DNA of 64,000 bases from Lama glama (Eukaryota), in assembly GCA_028534125.1 (NCBI GenBank), contig CM052816.1, forward strand, positions 22,818,001 to 22,882,000, read 5' to 3'. Shown in pieces: positions 1-14,136 of the stretch; the stretch's first letter is position 1; each line of letters begins with the position of its first letter. Position numbers and translations under genes: made by a program. Below the pieces are notes generated by a model. The model saw only the letters and a list, made by a program, of their open reading frames with translations. It ran no database searches and was not told the origin of the DNA.

Positions 1-870
1 ATCATGACTAATAATTTCCCCAACTTAATGTCAGACACCAAACAGATCCAGGAAGGTCAGAGAACATCAAGCAGAATAAATACCCAAAGAATTACACCTA
101 GGCTTACTGTTTTCAAACTACAGAAAATCAAAGATAAAGAACAATTCTGAAAAATGCCAGAGGAAAAGAACACCTTATTTATAGAGGAACAAAGATAAGA
201 ATTATGTCTGACCTCTCCTCAGAAACCATGCAAGCAAAGGAGTGCAGTGAATCCTTTAAAGTGTTGAAAGAAAAAAACTACCGACAAAGAATTTTGTACC
301 CTGCAAAATTTTCCTTCAAAAGTGAAGAAGTAAACATTTTCTCAGACAAATAAAAATTCGGTATATTTGTTGCCTGTAAACTTGACTTGCAGGAAATAGT
401 AAAAGAAATTATTTGGAGAGAAGGAGACTAATACATCAGAAACTCAGATCTACACACCGAAAAGAAAAGTTTCATAGAATAAAGGTAAAATAAAAACTTT
501 TATTTTTCTTATTCTTAAATTTACCTAACAGATAATTTGTTCAAAATGATAAAAGCTATAATGCATTCTATTGTACGCTTATGTACAAATGTATGTATGT
601 GTGCATGCATGTATGTATATGCTTATATATGTATATGTGTACATGTATATATGTATGTAAATGCTTATGTATACTTAAAATGAATGACAGCAACGATACA
701 TAGAATGAAAAGGAGGAATTAGGATTATTTTGATAATATAAGAAACTTACACTAACCACTAAGTGCTGTAGTGTTATTTGTAAGTGGACCTGGATTAGTT
801 TTAAGTATTAATTGCAAGAGCAAACACTAAAAAAAATGAAAAAAAAGGTATAACTGATATGCTAGGAAAC
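1..870 (+). mobile_element. Old L1 ORF1 3' part and inter-ORF region
   Basis: ORF1-like ..aatttccccaacttaatg..caggaag.tcagagaac..gaattttgtaccctgcaaaatt; includes a (TATG/TA)n tract at ~580-670. Confidence 0.75.
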
Positions 871-919
871 AACTGATATATAGCAGCCTTAGCAAACTAA
901 TACAGTAGGAATATAAAGG

Positions 920-1790
920 ACTTGATCATATTTATTGAATATCAAATAATAGATGCCCCATGTACAATGCATGAAGACTTTATATTCATCACATATAAAT
1001 AATGTCTATTCTTCAGTAAGCAAAAGGTAAGTTAATTGATTAAAAATGGACAAACACTAAAGTAATAGCTTACAAAAAAAGCTAAACTAACACATATTCA
1101 TCGAAAAGATGCTCTACCTCACTAGGAACAAGGAAAATACATATTAAAACAACAATAGATTTCATCCTATAGATTCATTGAAATTAAAACTACTGGGGAT
1201 AGTCTGTGAGAGTTATTAGGCAGAGGAAATTTAACAAAATTACTGATAACAGCGTACATAGGTGCAATCTTTTTTGAAGTTAAACATTAAATTTACTTAT
1301 TATTTGGAAACAAAGTTTAATTTTAGATTTTCACAAGAATATCTACATATATTTATATCCATATGAAAGATCTTTAAAAATATCTCTACATATGTATAAA
1401 GATTTTATTAGATTACTGATTATATTAGTAAAAAAATCAGTAACACTGTAAATGTTAACCACTTTTGAGAAATGGTTCTATGAATTAAGTTTTCTCCACA
1501 GAATTTCATACAGTAGTTAAATGAGATCTAAATGCTCTGAAATACAAAGACTGCCATGATTCCATTTAGGTAGAAATATATACATTTCTCTATACAGAAG
1601 TATATATTTGCGTAAGTGCAAAGAAAAAGTCTGAAAGGAGCACATTAAAATTTTTAAAGTGGTTAAGGGTCTCAGATGAAATCAGAGAAGACTGGTAAAA
1701 GAGAATCCCTAATTTTACTCTAAAGCCTGTGATTATATTGTTTTCACATTATTACTGTATATTGACTTTTTTAAAGTCTGTAAAAGACAT
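920..1790 (+). mobile_element. Very old L1 ORF2 end / 3'UTR
   Basis: Degenerate aaaagatgctctacctcactag..attaaaacaacaatag motif. Confidence 0.55.
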
Positions 1791-3037
1791 TCTATTTTTG
1801 TACTACTTTACCCCTGATCATATCCCTGTACCTATAATAGAATATGGCAAATTAATAGATACCCATTAAATATTTTGTATTCAATAAATGGGAGGAGGTT
1901 TCCATTCAATAAATGGAGTCAATAAATGTTTATTCAATAAACAAATCTTGAGAGAAAATGATTTTAAATGAATATAAAAGACAAAAATGAAAAAATAACA
2001 AAGAATAAGACAAAGTTAGGAAGAGGCAAAACAGAGTTAAAGAAGTTTGTATCTTGAAAAATCTGTTTTATTGGTGAGGGAGGAGGGATACCAATCAGAA
2101 AACTCAGGCTGGGAATAAATCCTGCTTATCTATCCATGAAATAGATGTGGGGCCAAGCAGCAATGTGAGATATATAATTAGAGTAAAATTTTTACAGCTT
2201 GATTTAAGAATTTGTGTTCTTTCCATGTAAGTAATTTGAATTTATTAAAATTCTCTTACTGCTTTCTGGCCAACTGATTAATATATACAAAGACATTCTT
2301 TCTCTAACGGTATGTTTTTCTTCAAACAAGACATGTTTTGTTATGTAAATGAATGGAACAGCAAAAATATGAATATAGAATCTAGACACTCTACACAGCA
2401 CTGGGAAAAAATAAAATCATGCTAACAAAGCAGTTTTAAAATGAAAACCAAACTATGGCTTAAATTTCTACTTGCATTGTGCGTGTGCCAGAAGACATTT
2501 CTCTCTTAAACTCACTGAGTACAGTGAACTCTATCTGTTCTCTGCTTTTCTGATTCATATTAAAATAAGTAGGTTAATGAAATCTTTGATTAGTCATATG
2601 TGGTATAAAAATCAAGCTAGTATCCACACCATTTTAGAAAGTATTTTTTGAAATTTTAAAAGATTTAATGTTCTTTTCTTTTGAGAAACATTTGACATCC
2701 TAAAACTGGTTTTTGAGTGCTCTTTTATTTACTGCTTTAAAAAGTATGTTAGCAGAGACTTTAGTATGCAACCTAAATGATAACTTCACCAATCTTATCA
2801 ACATTTTAAAATGAATAAGACAGGATAAATAATAAATATATAATTTAATGAGAATTTGTTATTATAATGTATTAGATCCCTTATAAAAACTCCTGAGGCA
2901 GGCTAGGGAAAGATTCCAGAGAACAATGTTATCCAACTTACTAGATTAAAATTTTCTGGTCTGGAAAATTTTTTTAACTAAATAAAGTTTATCTTGAGAT
3001 TACTAACCATTAATTCTATATTCTTTCTTTTCTTGAG

Positions 3038-3094
3038 GGGCAGTGTAAAGTGAAATATTTCAAGGCACACTATGCTGCCAACAAGTTGCTTCAA
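3038..3094 (+). pseudogene. Fossil collagen exon (57 nt)
   Basis: TACTAAC branch point at 3001, polypyrimidine tract, AG|GGG start, CAA|gtaagt donor. Reads GQCKVKYFKAHYAANKLLQ, compatible with decayed G-Q-x-(G)VK-(G)FK-(G)HR-(G)AN. Confidence 0.55.
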
Positions 3095-4434
3095 GTAAGT
3101 TCAGCTTTCCTAAGCTTAATTATAAGACCAAGTGTCTTCAGTTTACAGCACCCAGTCTCTTCCTAAACGTCAAAGAGTATAAATATTCCTTGTATTCATA
3201 CAACATATGGGAACAGATGCTACATGATTAAATTCTTCCAATTTAGGTCCATTTTAGAACATGTCAATGAATTTTACCACTGGTTTGATATGGTGTGAGA
3301 TTGTCTACATCTTAAAATAAGTATCTTTATTTCACATCTCTCAGGCAATACTTATACCTTAGGTATGAAATTAATAATTATTATTTTCCCATTTTCATAT
3401 ATGACATAGAATTGAAATTCTTCAAGGTCAACATCTTCTCAATCTTACATGTTAATCTAAGTCGCTCACAAATTACAACCCCCAAATATCATTCTATCAT
3501 TCAGAGTTCACTGCAGGGAATAGATATCACTCAGGGTATTTAAGTAGGAAGGGGTTTAGTATAAGGGATTACAGTATCATTCAAAGAACTGAAGGAGTAG
3601 GCTCTAAGTTAAACCTCCAAGAATGACTCCCAGAATAATAAAAATAACTAAGAAAACAAATCTATTTACAACAGCACAAGATTCAAAGACAAAGGAATAA
3701 ATTTAACTAAAGAAGCACAAGACTTAAAGTAGAATTTTGTCAAGAAATCCTTGAACTGAACTGAATTTCTTGAAAACATCTAGAATGAGTTGCCTGCAAT
3801 AAGGCAGTCCAGGGCTTAACTATAAAATATGCAACATTCCCTTTTTAGACATTTGATCTTGCAGGCCACTGGAACTATGCAATTACATGAGTCTATACAC
3901 TCTGAATTTCTGCAGAAGCAAAAAAGCTGTGCTTTCATATTTAGAACATACTAACTTAACTGAATTCAACCCACTGACTAAAAAGAAAAAAAAACAGTTT
4001 TTTTTAAAACTACTATACAGTGAATAATCAATTTAACTCAATATTTTGCTTTCAAATGAGTTGGGTATCTTTCCTGCAGGAAATATGGCAAATTCGTATA
4101 AAATACAGATATTGGCAAGTTTTTATTAAAAAAAATAGATTTTATTGTCTCTACTTACTTATTTTAGCCCTTGTTTAATTGCTTTTAAGCCCATAGGATG
4201 TTATAATACAGACAACAGGTCCACAAAAATGTTTTTGTTATGTATATCACAGTAAGTGTGCAATAAAAACATTATGTCAGATCCTAGCCCCAAATTCCTC
4301 TAATTGCATGAGTCAAAATACACTGGGTCTTAGCATCTAAAAATTCTGTACTACATTCAAATTTTTCTCTCATATTATTCAGAAAATAAATTACAGGGAA
4401 AGCTACTAAAATAAAACCTATCCTCTTAACCCAG

Positions 4435-4754
4435 TTGTGAAAAGTGACTTACTATGGTACACTTGGTTGTATCCAAAATGAGTAAGAGAACATGGAGCAC
4501 AGAGAAGAAAGTTAAAAAGAAGCAGAGGAGGGCTATAATAGCTGGTATTTTAGTATCAAGGGAAATCATTTGAAAATGATTCATAAATCTTTCAAAAGAG
4601 ACAAATGGTCCCATATATGCTATTACCCACAAGGGCAACTATTTCCACTTCTGACAGCTCGGAGGCACAGGAAGGAGCTGATAAAGGCTGTCAGCAATTA
4701 TCTGCTTGATTCTGTTGTACCTGCATCATTACACCAATAAAAGAGAAACCCAAG
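4435..4754 (+). pseudogene. Fossil collagen exon (~320 nt)
   Basis: cccag| acceptor and AAG|gtagct donor. Reads (G)VK(G)DL..GTLGCI..GAQ(G)RK..(G)IKGNH..(G)DK GPI..HKGN..(G)QLGGTGRS. Confidence 0.7.
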
Positions 4755-5048
4755 GTAGCTGCAGCTAGAAATCATTTTTTTTCTACTGCTTCATCTTAAA
4801 TGTGTTATTGGTAAGGTGTTAGTATTGAATTACACTGCAGCTAGATTTTTTCACTGCATTTAGCAGATTCTTAAATTAAAATTCTGCCTCTAAAGGCTCT
4901 ACAATTAGACACCTTAATTCACTCATGTATTTTGACACATTAGGGTTAGTTAGAATTCTGTCCCCCTATTCTGGGGGTTTCTTCAGACATCACATTTTGC
5001 AATGTGAAAGTGGGAAGTGACTTCTCTCTCCCACAATTTAGCTATTAG

Positions 5049-5142
5049 GTAGTAATGAATGCTAAACAGAAAAGTGGAGCTCATCAGTGATTTATATCCA
5101 AAATAATAATCTCAGCAAGAATTTCAGAACATGGGAGGAAAG
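5049..5142 (+). pseudogene. Fossil collagen exon with split-Gly ends
   Basis: tag|GT AGT AAT start; ends GAA CAT GGG AGG AAA G|gtatgt. Confidence 0.6.
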
Positions 5143-5227
5143 GTATGTTTTGGATGCAATTTGCAAACCTCTTACCAGCCAATATACCAACACTGAGAGA
5201 AAACACATACATGTCAGTTCCATTAAG

Positions 5228-6885
5228 TTAATGGGGCAGAAATCTGAATAATATGAATGTCCCTCAGGACATATACTCAATTATTGACAACAAATTTAAT
5301 CCAAAATAGAATGCTTATTTCATTTGAGGGTCAACTATCATTTGTTCAAATAAATCTTCTAGAACTATAACAATATATACTGAATACCAGAGTTAAAGAG
5401 TTTAAAACTGCATATTGGAGACTGTCTGCATGACAGCTGAGAAGCTGCTGACCTGCTCCCCAATGAAACTGGTGAAAAGTATATTAAAAACAAGCAAAAA
5501 CATTTTTAAAAGCCCAAACTCTGGAAATGGTTCTAAGGACAAACAGTAAGTGAAGAAACATCAAATAAAGAAAAATTTGAAAATCCGGTTTTTAAAAAAG
5601 GCCAAAAAACTGTGGTATTTGAAGACAGACAATCCCCTTAACACCCTGTCCAATTCAGCAGGTAGTGACTCCACTCCAAGCTGCTGCAGCCAAGAACACT
5701 GCTCCCCTTGGGTCCCAGTCACAAAGCACGTTTCCCTTGGGGAAGAGGAGGGGACCAGCATTTCTCACCTCGCCCCAGCTCCCTGTCATTGAGGCTAAAT
5801 CCTGGGTGAGAGTTATTTAGGAGCTACTGCCTAGCCCCCATTCATGGAATACAGACCTTACATAGGACACTGTGAGCTGAGAGCACAGGCTTTTATCATC
5901 TCTGCCCTGGCTCATCAGACAGTAAGTAGTTCCATGTCAGATGAGGCAAGCACCTGAGGACCTCTGGCTCCCCGTACCCTGGCTCCAGGAGCATTTGGCT
6001 CCCAGAGGGAGAAGGGTGACTCAAAGAGAAGCTCGCCATTATCCCTACCCTTAGCTCCAGAGCCCCAGTTTAGAGATTTTGCATGACGTGGAAAAACTGT
6101 AAAAAATCTCCTAATCTCTTCCCAAAGGAACTGATATCATTGGACAAAGACAAGCCTAAGGGCACTCTAAAAACCAGTGGAAGCCGTAGAGACAGACAAC
6201 TGCGAGGAGATGTAAGACACAGGCTAAACTGCAGGCTCGCTAGTTTAGAAAAGAGAACAACCAGAGACAACTAGGAAAAACAACCAGACAGAAGGTCAGC
6301 AAGGAAACAGAAGGCCTGAGCACTGAAAGCCAACCAGTCTTAACAGACATCTTTTGAATACTCCACACACCTGCAAGAGAATATATGCAAATGGGACGTT
6401 CTCCAGGACAGCCTATATGCTAGGCCATAAATCAAGGCTCAATAAATTTAAAAGGCTAGAAATAACACAAAGTATATTCTCCTACCACAATGGAATGGAG
6501 TTAGAAATCAGCAGTCAGAGAAAATTTGGGAAACTCATAAATATGTGTAAATTAAACAACACATTCCAAAATAACTAAAGTTAAAAGAAAAAATCAGAAA
6601 ATATATTGAGATGAATAAAAACAGACACAAAACATAAAAACTTACTGGACACAGCTAACACAGGGCTAACACTAAGAAAGATCCAGATCAACAATCTAAA
6701 CCTCAACAGAGACACTAAAAATCCAGAGATTAAACTAAGTAGAAGGAAGGAAATAATAAAGGTGAAAGTAGAAATTAATGTAACAGATAACAGAATCCGT
6801 CTGCTAATATCTCCAAAGAAACAAGGGCCTTCTTTCTCCAGGAAAGATAGAAGCACTATTGGAAGGCTGCTACCAATGAATTCAG
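5228..6885 (+). pseudogene. Fossil collagen exon split by an L1 insertion (coding ~5228-5410 and ~6800-6885)
   Basis: 5234 GGG CAG AAA TCT GAA..TGT CCC TCA GGA CAT ATA; resumes at 6808 (G)LQ(G)NK GLL SP GKI (G)A. Confidence 0.7.
5410..6795 (+). mobile_element. L1 5' region plus endonuclease-domain fragment
   Basis: ORF 6354 GTFSRTAYMLGHKSRLNKFKRLEITQSIFSYHNGMELEI matches the L1 ORF2 endonuclease. Confidence 0.85.
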
Positions 6886-6939
6886 TAGCTTCCTCTGCTT
6901 TTGCTACTTAGTATCCCATTGGAACACGTCATTCAGTTA

Positions 6940-8510
6940 CACTTCAGACAGAATTTTTTATCTGAATAAATGGCACTACCATCTATGCAGATGTGCAAAC
7001 TAGATAATATTTCTAGCCCTGATCAAAAGATAGTATTTCTAGCCCTGATCAAAACTGCATGTACACCTGGATATTAAATAGGTACCTTAAATAACATGGA
7101 TGATCAAAAATTCTTTATTCTCCCTTCTGTCCCTCAAAAACCTATTCCTCCCCAGATCTTTCCTGTCTAAGACTATGACTATCACCTACACAGTTGTTCA
7201 ACTAAAAACTTAAGAGAGGGATCTCTTTCTTAAACATCTACATCTAATCCAACAGCAAATCCTTCCTTGTTTACCTCAAAAATAACCTCAAGTGTATTTT
7301 CTCCACCTTCACTAATGGCATACTAGTTCAAGTCACCATCATCATCTCCCATCTGCAACTGGATTCTGATCACCTTGCTTTTAAAAACAAGTTTATGCCT
7401 CTTCATAGGCACTGAATAAAACTGAAACTATTTAAACTGGCACACCGGGCTCTACACAATCTAGACCTGCTAACCTCTTCAACTTTATTCCTCCCACTAC
7501 CCTCCTGCTCACTAGTTTCCCAACAAAGTGGCCTTTCTTCACTTGAAGATAATTAGGCTCTTTCTTGCATTGGAGCATCTGCATTGGCTTTTTACTCCAA
7601 CTCTACTTCTCCGTGTGGCTGGGTCAGTTTAGTCACTGAGATGTCAAATTTACCTACTCTACTCTTACAGATGTTCCCAGGACACCTCTAAGTAAAAGGT
7701 TTCTTTAGCCACTCTCTGTCACATCACAGCATTTTATTTTCCTCAAAATACATATCATTTTAATATGTTTTTATTCATTTCTTGATTATTTACTTACTTG
7801 TTTGTCTCCTTCACTGGACTGTAAGCTTCACAAGAGCAGAAACCTTGTCCCGAGTTTACTGGAATATCCTCAGCTACTAATGAGTGCCTAGCACATGTCT
7901 CCATCATAAATATTCACTACATGAATATTCTTGAAAGTTCCTTCTACTCCAACCTCATCTTCAACCTTTCACTGAGTCCTGTTGACACTGATTAATAAAT
8001 ACTTCTTCAATATATCCACTTTTCTCCGTCTCCTGTATCACCCTGCCAGGTTAAATTACCATCAATCTTTTAACTCTGAGTCTGAGACAGACTCCTCTCT
8101 GAATTTCTGGTATCATACTTTGTCCTTCTCTAATCAGTCAACCACCTTGCATGTAGGATAGTCCTTCCAGAACTATAATCGGATCATATCACCCTCCTAC
8201 TTGGTACTATTCAGTGGCTTCCCACTGCTCTCAGACAAAGATCAAAATTATTAATAAGAGTTACATTGGATGTCTAACTTCTGTATACTTCTCCAGTCTA
8301 ATTTCACTGTTTTCTCCTTCATGCACCAAGTTCTGGCCACTCTGGCTTTCATCTAACTACTCATCCTATTCTGCTTTTTGCCTACCAGAAAGTCTTAGCA
8401 CATGCTGTTCCATGGGCCTGGAACATCCTTCCTATTCTTCTTTATATACTTATGTTTCAGATTTTAATCAAGTGTATTAAGAGTGCTTTAGGAAAGTCTT
8501 GTTTGATCAA
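6940..8510 (+). mobile_element. L2 fragments
   Basis: Pyrimidine-rich L2 3' motifs, e.g. ctggactgtaagcttcacaagagcag..gtgcctagcacat. Confidence 0.65.
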
Positions 8511-8537
8511 CCTTATAATAATGTATTTAAATTTTAG

Positions 8538-9251
8538 CCTGGAATAAAGGCCAAGTTTTCTAGTGTACAGAGTGAACATATTAGAACTACTTTTTCCTAT
8601 CTTTTGGCTCTGCATAATACATTAGAGTTACTTGGCAGTGTCAACAGGAGAAATATACAATTCTTGGAATTCTTGGGTCAAATTATTAATCAAAGTTTAT
8701 TAATTTATTTGAAAGGAAGGAATGATTAATACTTCAGTGCTATAAAGACCACCAAAGTGCTGGTTAATTTGTCTAAATAATTCATTTTTTATGCTCCGAG
8801 GGTGATTAGGTTACTCTCTATATAGACTTATGTGATTACCACAGGGTTTTTAACCATTAAGTTAAAATTATCTTTTTTTTTTAAATTATCTTGATTATAG
8901 TACATGGTAACATACAGACATACACTCAGTCAGGAAAGAGGTTATAAGTGATCGCTAATGTGCTGTATCAGGGAGAAACCTCCATTCCTTCAGTTTTGTT
9001 TTTCCATGCAGAATGATAATAACCCCCTACTACCCAGCTTCCTTCTCTCATCCCTTCGTTATTCCACTCCATACAGAAGGACAAGTCTGTTGACTGGCAA
9101 GAGTCTGGCAGGCATTGATCCACGTGTTTTAATAAGCAAAGCTCATCTACTAAACATCTGCTAAGCACTGGGGATTAATTTTCTTTTTTTCCCTTCAGGA
9201 CAGTTATGCCATGTCAGTATATCTGCTTATCTGACCCAAAGTTTCCCTTGG
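8538..9251 (+). pseudogene. Fossil collagen coding block, ending in a well-bounded 53-nt exon at 9199-9251
   Basis: PGIK..(G)VQ(G)EH..GSV..LKGRN..GET. Exon 9199-9251 has a ttttttcccttcag| acceptor and G|gtgagt donor. Confidence 0.6.
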
Positions 9252-9339
9252 GTGAGTTTCAGCAAATCTTCTCGTCTGCAAATGAAAGCCATATTCTCTG
9301 ATTAGTTTTATCAGCAGACCCTTCACACAATCCTAAAGA

Positions 9340-9570
9340 TATAGCTAAGAAAGGTTAAAAACTGCAAATATGTACCAAAAAGGAATTATGCTAATGTCAT
9401 TTTTCATGCTCAATATCAATATAAATAAGTTTTCACTTTAATGTGCACAGATATGTTAGCCTCACTTTTCAAAAGAATTTTTTAAAACAGTTTTGAATAG
9501 AAGTATATCATAGGTCCACCAGGACATTAAAAGCAGTGTGTAAATGTTCAAAAAATTTAATACTGTCACC
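9340..9570 (+). mobile_element. hAT-Blackjack-like 3' fragment
   Basis: 9428-9520 aligns by eye with 17971-18065 (ctttaatgtgcacagat...). Confidence 0.5.
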
Positions 9571-9576
9571 CATACA

Positions 9577-10116
9577 TGTCTCAGGGTGCTAGAAGACCTC
9601 TGCTTTAACCTACTTCCATTCTTGTTCTAAAGCACCTATCAAAGACGTTTATCAACTACACCTCAAAGGAAAGGAGACATTCAACCACCCTGAGCCTGTT
9701 CCAGCCTAACTCCAAAAGCACTGCCTGTGCAGAGGAAACCTCGAAGAGTTGCCTTTGCTTCATTACCATGCTAAGATCTCTGCCCAAAGAGGGAACCTCT
9801 ACCTTGCTAGGCACAGTAAGTTTCATGTGCAAGGGAGCCTGAGGGATTGTATGTCCCTAGCTGTTCCTGAAAATCTCTGCCCGTTTCCCCAGTTTCTGAT
9901 GAGGCACCGGTCTCTTACCCCTTAAATGTCTCACATCTTCCTTCATTTAGGGAAAAGGTGTCCTTAGAGCACGAGCTCTCCCTTCTCTGTATTTTGATCA
10001 ACAAATAAAGTTTCTGCTCTGCTTTCCTGAACCTGGTCTTGTTCAACTGGGGTGAGTAGGGCTGGGCAAGGGAAGGACTCAGCTGGAGCACAACCCATTC
10101 AAGACAGTTGGTAACA
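9577..10116 (+). mobile_element. Probable solo LTR
   Basis: TGT...ACA ends; AATAAA at ~10004; GC-richer than the flanks; TSD unclear. Confidence 0.55.
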
Positions 10117-10152
10117 ATATTAAGCACAGTACTTGATTTTATGAATCAATTT

Positions 10153-10666
10153 AGCCAGTCCATGGGATCCAGATATTTGACAATATGACAATACTGTGAT
10201 CTATAGCAGTATGCAAGAGAGCAGAGTGGTCTGTCAAGAGAGCTTCCCCAGGTCTCAGATCCCTAGGGCTTGGCTCTGCTGGCTTGATTGCTGACAGAAG
10301 GGAAACAGGAGACATTAAACCATAATCACAATCTCCACTGTTAGAATCTTACATACTTCATTTAATCCTGTATTTCATTCCTTTTAATTTATTAGTCTAT
10401 CATTTTAATCCATGAGGTTCAGATCTGTAACTTCACTGGCAGACTATAGAAATAAAAACCTAGCTGTTTAATTATACAGACATTTCTAAAAGCAAATTTC
10501 CAAAGCATCATCCCTTTCCCAGTCTACCCTCCACTCAAGAGATTATAGTCATGCTCTATACTTGGTTAGTGACTCATTTCTTGAAGAGAAGCATGAGATT
10601 ATGAAGTAATGTGCTGTTTTTATTTATTTTTTGAGTAAAATGGAGAACGGAACAGAAAATGTCTCG
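10153..10666 (+). pseudogene. Fossil collagen exons (~10153-10339 and 10523-10666)
   Basis: GSAGLI(G)DR(G)ETGDI at 10272-10316. 10523-10666 is 144 nt (16x9) between tttcccag| and |gtaaga. Confidence 0.75.
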
Positions 10667-10919
10667 GTAAGAAAATAAGGATGTGTTCAAATCGCAAGTG
10701 ATCTAAACCCAATTCTAGCTAGTTTAAGCAAAACAAAATAAAACAAAACAACACAAAAGGAGCTACAAGGCTCTACAAACTGGGAAAAGAGGAAGGGATG
10801 CTGTGCTACAATGACAGCAGGCACCCACTGCTAGCTGGCCTCCTTGCATGTACACACAAACTCCACATACAAACTTCCTTCCAAATGCATAATTCATTTC
10901 TTGAGTATCTGTTTGGTAT

Positions 10920-13035
10920 TACTTATATAATAACGTAAGGAAAGTAGGATGCATTCTCAGTGTTAAAAAGTGAAATAGATGAAGATAAAAAACCCACTTT
11001 GACTACCACAGTTAACCCTTGTTTTTAGTCCCAGATTATCAGATTAATGAGTATATTTCCACGCATTTTTATGCTTTAAATACACATACACATTTACATA
11101 CTTACATTCAAGCATTTAGAGAAATATACAGTGTTGATATATGAATATGTATCTTCGTGTTTTCACAGAAAAGTCATACTATATATATTATGAAAATTGC
11201 TTCCTTCACTCTCTCTCTCCTCATACCATAGTAAGTCCCTTGCAGAGTTTTCCATGTCATTCTGAAACTTGATATATAGTATGTCATGATGTGGATATAC
11301 CATGATTTATTTGTAGGTTAGTTATTTTCTAACTAATGGAAGTATAAGCTGTTTCCAATTTTATAATAAGAAACAATACCATAATGAAAATCTTTGTTTA
11401 TTCCTTCCTGTTATTAAGTGTGGTGTTAAAATTGGGTACATAACAAGAAACTGTATAAGCAGTGTTTATATTTTCTTCTCTGTTTTCCATTAGTCTGGTA
11501 CTTTCATTACTTAGCAAGCCCTTCACATATTTTAGTATTAATTCATTGTCTGCTGTATGTGTACTCTTTCCCATCTGTCACTTACCTTCTAATACTGCTT
11601 ATGGTGAAGTTTGTTGGTTGCAGACTTTGAGTTTTACATAATCAAATTTATGAGTTTAACTTTACAGTTTATAATTTTGGTTTACAGAAAGCTTCCATTA
11701 CCCACAGTCACACTATTATTCTAGTTTTATTTCTTTTAAAATTTTAATAATTTTATTATGTTTTAGAACTTTAATGCAACTAGAATTTATCTTTTGTGCC
11801 TTAAGTGAAAAAGATATATAACTTCAGTTTTGCCAAACACTTGTCAATATTTCCAATATCATTCTTAAGTAGTCTATAGGGTCTCTCTACAAATTCAAAA
11901 AAAGTTATAATTATTGGGTACTACTTTTCCATATACACAGGTCATTTTCTGTCCAATTGATCAGTTTTTCAATTATGCACCAAGTAACAGAGCAAGTTCT
12001 TTCATACTTTTGCTCTGAATTGTCTTGCTTGCCTTCTTTCAACTGAGATAGAAGAATAGGGACCAGATTTACTGTCCCAGAAGAAACAACTAAAACACTG
12101 GACAATATACATGAAACATAGTTTTTAAGATAATAAACGTCAGGCAAAAAAGGAAAATGAAGATCAACAAACTTAGTCCTATGATTACCACAGCTTTACT
12201 ACCTTGAGTGTTCTAGGACACGGAGCAGAGAAGGGAAACCCAGGCAGAGCCTGGGGGATTTCCTAACTTGAGATGATGGAGGTAGGAACCCAAGAAAGCC
12301 AATTAGGTGGCTGCAGTTAACCTTAGACTAAATACTGCTCTGTTACTATCTAACAAATCCCAAAAGTAGGAACTGTTTCCAAGTAACTTAATTGCATCTC
12401 AGAACAAAGCTCAGTCATACTTAACAGCAATGCAAAAATGTCCAACACCTAAGGCAAAATTCACAATGTCTGGCATTCCACAAAAAAAGGAAATAAAAAA
12501 CCCAGGAAAATACAACCACAAGCTAAGAGAAAAATTATCCAATCAAAAGCAAACAAGAACTAAGCTAACACAGATATTAATAGACAATGATACTAAACTG
12601 GATGCTAGAAGTATATTCCACATGGTTGATTGTTAAAGGAAAGATTAAGAATGCTGAGTACAGACATGGAAAATATAAAAAACATTTAAAAAGTCCAAAT
12701 AAAAATTCTAGAATTTATAATTATTTGTCAGAAATGAAAAATCCTCTGGATGGGATTTGATGGCTAATTGCACAGTGCAGCAGAAAAATCTCATGAACTT
12801 GAAGACATAGCAATACAGATTACAGAATATGAAAAGACAGCAGAAAGACTAAAATGATAATAAAGAGAGAATTAGTGAGCTATGTGACAACTTCAAGTAG
12901 CCTAATATATGTGTAATCACGTCCCAGAGGAGAGGAGGAATAGTGGGTAGAGAAAAAAACATAAGAAGAATAATGGCTAGGATTCTACAAATTTGATGAA
13001 ACCTAAAGTGCACAGTGTGAAGTTCCACAAAGCCA
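10920..13035. mobile_element. Old L1 pieces (minus strand ~10920-12020; plus-strand 5'/ORF1 ~12025-13035)
   Basis: T-rich antisense ORF2/3'UTR followed by A-rich ORF1-like sequence. Confidence 0.6.
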
Positions 13036-13039
13036 AACA

Positions 13040-13394
13040 TTTTTTTTATTTAAATTCCCTTTGTGTATGTGTGTCTGTCATTTTTTTAACATTTTTTATT
13101 GATTTATAATCATTTTACAATGTTGTGTCAAATTCCAGTGTTCAGCACAATTTTTCAGTCATTCATGGACATATACACATTCATTGTCACATTTTTTTCT
13201 CTGTGATTTATCTTAACACTTTGTGTATATTTCCCTGTGCTATACAGTGTAATCTTGTTTATCTATTCTACAATTTTGAAATCCCAGTCTGTCCCTTCCC
13301 ACCCTCTACCCCCCTGGTAACCACAAGTCTGTATTCTCTGTCCATGAGTTTATTTCTGTCCTGTATTTATGCTTTGTTTTTGTTTGTTTGTTTG
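13040..13394 (-). mobile_element. Young L1 3' end running into the assembly gap
   Basis: Close reverse complement of 34752-34962. Confidence 0.85.
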
Positions 13395-13894
13395 NNNNNN
13401 NNNNNNNNNNNNNNNNNNNNNNNNNNNNNNNNNNNNNNNNNNNNNNNNNNNNNNNNNNNNNNNNNNNNNNNNNNNNNNNNNNNNNNNNNNNNNNNNNNNN
13501 NNNNNNNNNNNNNNNNNNNNNNNNNNNNNNNNNNNNNNNNNNNNNNNNNNNNNNNNNNNNNNNNNNNNNNNNNNNNNNNNNNNNNNNNNNNNNNNNNNNN
13601 NNNNNNNNNNNNNNNNNNNNNNNNNNNNNNNNNNNNNNNNNNNNNNNNNNNNNNNNNNNNNNNNNNNNNNNNNNNNNNNNNNNNNNNNNNNNNNNNNNNN
13701 NNNNNNNNNNNNNNNNNNNNNNNNNNNNNNNNNNNNNNNNNNNNNNNNNNNNNNNNNNNNNNNNNNNNNNNNNNNNNNNNNNNNNNNNNNNNNNNNNNNN
13801 NNNNNNNNNNNNNNNNNNNNNNNNNNNNNNNNNNNNNNNNNNNNNNNNNNNNNNNNNNNNNNNNNNNNNNNNNNNNNNNNNNNNNNNNNNNNNN
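13395..13894. other. Assembly gap (500 N)
   Basis: Run of N. Confidence 1.
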
Positions 13895-14136
13895 TTCCCT
13901 TTTTAAATTTCACATGCCATAGCTACTCGACACAATCCATCTTTTCAAAGTACAGAAATGCTACTTGAGAGCTACTTATACACAGGAAGAGTCTAAATTC
14001 TACACCTATTCACTAGAGATGAGTGTTTAGGAGGTAACAGTTCCTTTACTGCTGTTCTACAGGAATAACTGTCTGGGTGCCCACCCTGTGCTGGGCACTG
14101 AGGTATGTACTTTCTTGCCTCTATCATCTCCTTCAG

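Noticed and set aside
3038..4251. Small exons as part of a live gene (IQ-like AANKLLQEIWQ)
   Set aside because: Phases do not chain without stops, and the neighbouring exons are clearly decayed collagen.
4640..4700. Enhancer-like TGACAG/CTGTCA cluster
   Set aside because: Falls in collagen register (TGA CAG CTC GGA GGC ACA GGA); no independent regulatory evidence.
7002..7053. 26-bp tandem duplication (a similar ~35-bp one at ~24030-24090)
   Set aside because: Two-copy local duplications in or near L2; no array or spacers, so not CRISPR-like.
13125..13968. Long ORFs of 172-265 aa
   Set aside because: Artefacts of the 500-N gap.
14063..14102. Exon-like ag|...|gtatgt segment
   Set aside because: Mostly matches an antisense MIR motif (gtgcccaccctgtgctgggcactg).
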